In this document: positions 61,239-64,000 of the stretch, in pieces
How positions within the stretch are numbered: the first letter of the stretch is position 1
Layout: every line of letters begins with the position of its first letter
Assembly: GCA_951406725.2 (NCBI GenBank)
Contig: OX597830.1
Location: forward strand, 41,850,001 to 41,914,000
Source: Octopus vulgaris
Taxonomy: Eukaryota
Length of the DNA stretch: 64,000 nucleotides
Direction: 5' to 3'
Program-made: the position numbers and the translations under genes
Notes under the pieces: model-generated
The model's database searches: none
What the model was told of the DNA's origin: nothing
What the model saw: the letters and a program-made list of their open reading frames with translations, nothing else

Positions 61239-61862
61239 AGGTGGTGAACTGGCAGAATCGTTAGCATGTTGGGCAAAATGCTTAGTGGTATTTTGTCAGT
61301 CTTTATGCTCTGAGTTCAAATTCTGTTGAGGTTGACTATGCCTTTCATCCTTTCGGGGTTGATTAAATAAGTACCAGTTACACACTGGGAGTCAATGTAA
61401 TCGACTTAATCCCTTCCCACAAATTTGAGGCCTTGTGCTTCAAGTAGACAGAATTATTATTATTAATATTAAGGCGGTGAGCTGGCAGAACCATTAGCAT
61501 GCTGGGTGAAATGCTTAGTGGTATTTCATCTGTCTTTGTGTTCTGAGTTCAAATGCCGCCAGGGTCGACTTTGCCTTTCATCCTTTTGGGGCTGATAAAT
61601 TGAGTATCAGTGAGAACATTGAGGTCGATGTAATCGACTAGTCCCCATCCTGCAAAATCTGGGGCCTTGTGCCTCCAGTAGAAAGGATTATTATTATTAT
61701 CATCATTATTATTATTATACTGAGCTGGCAGAATTGTTAGCACATTCTGATTTCAAATATTTGCTTGTCATTCTTTTAGTGTCAATAAAATAGGTGTCAT
61801 AAATAATAGCTGAAAATCTAATTGTCTTATCCCTACCCCAGAATTGCTGGCCTTGTGCAAAA
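61239..61862 (+). mobile_element. Head-to-tail array of three family A SINEs separated by (ATT)n
   Basis: The head GAGCTGGCAGAA recurs at ~61246, ~61479 and ~61722; similar clusters at 11060-11550 (minus) and 26055-26400. Confidence 0.8.
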
Positions 61863-63382
61863 ATTATTATTATTATTATTAATCTGGGATAGTATGAAGT
61901 TTCTGAAGGGCTACTAGAAATGTATGCAATGTGACTGTTTTTTTTAGGGCGGAATGGTGAGGGGGAAGAAGTCTGAGTAGTTTTAGGAATGCATCAGAAA
62001 GAGAGTAGGAGGAAAGAATTTGTTTCCTATGTGTCCTAGGCATCTTCCCCTTCTTATTCAATATTGTTTCTTTTCTAGCTAACTGGTTGGTACCGGTTAA
62101 AGATGGAAACAACTTCAAATATCAAATAATTTGCTGAAACAATTTTAATAAAGCTCAAATCATACGAACTAGCAGCTTCATAAATGTTTTTTTTTTCTTC
62201 TCCCTCCTCTTTTGAAAATAGCCAAAAGTTCTAACAAAGAAATCACTGCATTCTTAGAAAGACTCAATGCCTTATTATTGAACATCCACTAATCTGATTT
62301 AATTTAATTTTCCTTAAAACAAAATTAAAAAAAAAGTTGTAATCCAACAAATTGAAATTTTTAACAGCATTTTAACAATATGCTTTGCCATGTATTGGTT
62401 GGATCTTGTTCTGCTAGAAGAATATGGTAATTAAGGAAAAAAGGAATATAAAGAAAAAAAAAATTAAACAATGATGAAGAAATTTAAATGTCAGTTAAGA
62501 AGAAATTACCAGAGATTCAAAGGAATGGAAAATATTGATTTTTTTTTAACATGAAGTTTGGCTGGTGAACTATCCATATATGCAGAATTATATGACAAAA
62601 AGAAGCTAAGGCTATCTATAGAAATAAATTTTAAAAATGCTAAAATTTCACTTAAAAAAAAAAAAAGGAATAAAAACCCCCGAGTAATAATAAAATGAAC
62701 TATGTGCATAATAAAGCTATCTCAAAAGTATTTTTCGCAGGAGATAGAATTGGTTAAAGAAGAAAGAATAAAAAGATTTTCCTTTTTTTTTTATGTTTAA
62801 CTTTTAAAAAATATCTACTTTAATACAGATCTTCAAAATATTGGAGAGTAGCGGTAGGGATGCCCTGGGAGTGAAGCAAAAGTTAATTTTTAATTAAATC
62901 ATTAAAATTTGATAATAATTGAAAAAAATTATTCTCTAAGTATATTAATGTTAACAAAACAAAACAAAAAAAAAACAAAATATTTCGGCACAAAAGACAA
63001 AATAAAAGGTTGTGATAGTCATGCATTTCTGGTTATTGATATTAAATTCAGAAATAAGGCAGCAAGCTGGCAGATCACTAGCATGCTGGACAAAAATGCT
63101 TAGAGGCATTTGCCTGTCTTCACATTGAGTTCAAATGCAGCTGAGGCTGATTTTGCCTTTGGAGGTCAATAAAATAAGTACAAATAAGTATCAGTTAAGA
63201 ACTAAGGTGGACGAAATCAACCGGCCCTCTTCCCCCCAATTTTCAGCCCTTGTGCCTATAGCAGAAAGGATATTAAATTAAGATATTAGTTTATTGAATA
63301 TTTACCAAGGCAATTGCCAACACAACATATCAAGTCTATACAAAACCAAATAATTATGATAGCCCCCTCCCCCACCCCTGAC

Positions 63383-63611
63383 TTAATCCTTTCGATACCC
63401 AACCCAGCTGAACCTGCTCTGGCTCTATAATACAAATGTCTTATTTTCATAGGTTTTGAATTAAAATCTTCCACCAAACCTTAGTCACAATTCATGTTCC
63501 TAACACTAACCTAATGATAACTAAGTTACTTTACTAAATTCTTTGTTATATTTAAAAATTAACAGCAATAAGCAGAGAGCATCTCAAAGTAAATACGGTA
63601 ATGAAAAGGTG
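63383..63611. mobile_element. Second TTAA-type MITE family
   Basis: ttaatcctttcgatacc ... ggtaatgaaaaggt inverted ends; related copies near 52290-52525 and 59615-59822. Confidence 0.55.
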
Positions 63612-64000
63612 AGTATGTTTTGAACTGAAGACACAGATTGATGAAGATAAATACAATGAGATAGTTGTTGTTATTGTTGTTGATGTTTAGCTTCAAGTTA
63701 GTCCTGAACAAACAAGCCTGTGATCTGACCCTTTCACATTCAAATTATTCTGCCAAACATAAAGCTTATTTATTCATATTATTTTGAAATAATCATGTAC
63801 TGTCTTGTAGCTTTGAGACTTCAATGATGCTATTGTCTATTTTTAGAATGACATTGTAGGATAGGTGTGAGAAGCTGGATCTGGCCAGTTTGAACATAAA
63901 GCAGGTAGAATATTTGGGCCAGATATGACTGGTTTAAATACTAAATGTTTAAGGCATTCCAGCCATGACCAACACTCTTTTTCCTTGTAAGACAATAGGG

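Noticed and set aside
1-64000. CRISPR arrays or prokaryotic systems
   Set aside because: Eukaryotic intron-exon DNA; the repeats are dispersed TEs and microsatellites, not regularly spaced repeat-spacer arrays

Overview
AT-rich, repeat-dense animal genomic DNA. The SINE/MITE families and microsatellite load suggest an octopus (coleoid cephalopod); that assignment is an inference. The window is dominated by the 3' part of one minus-strand gene, a BAZ2A/BAZ2B (TIP5/toutatis-like) chromatin regulator. I traced 23 coding exons from 47125 to the stop at 10780. All have GT-AG boundaries and consistent phases (3864 nt, 1287 aa plus stop). They encode a coiled coil, DDT, WHIM1-3, two PHD fingers and a bromodomain, followed by a ~4.3 kb 3'UTR ending near 6450. 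The N-terminal (MBD/TAM) exons must lie beyond 64000, past an apparent intron of >16.8 kb. Nearly all other ORFs in the track are spurious. Introns hold tRNA-derived SINEs, RTE-LINE tails, piggyBac- and hAT-type MITEs and a deleted mariner. The most unusual signals are: five unrelated Penelope-type hammerhead ribozyme motifs, several embedded in inverted repeats; an apparent 5' splice-site death and shift adding 15 aa at a conserved junction; and an 85-nt intronic hairpin. Repeat boundaries are approximate, and homologue comparisons are from memory.
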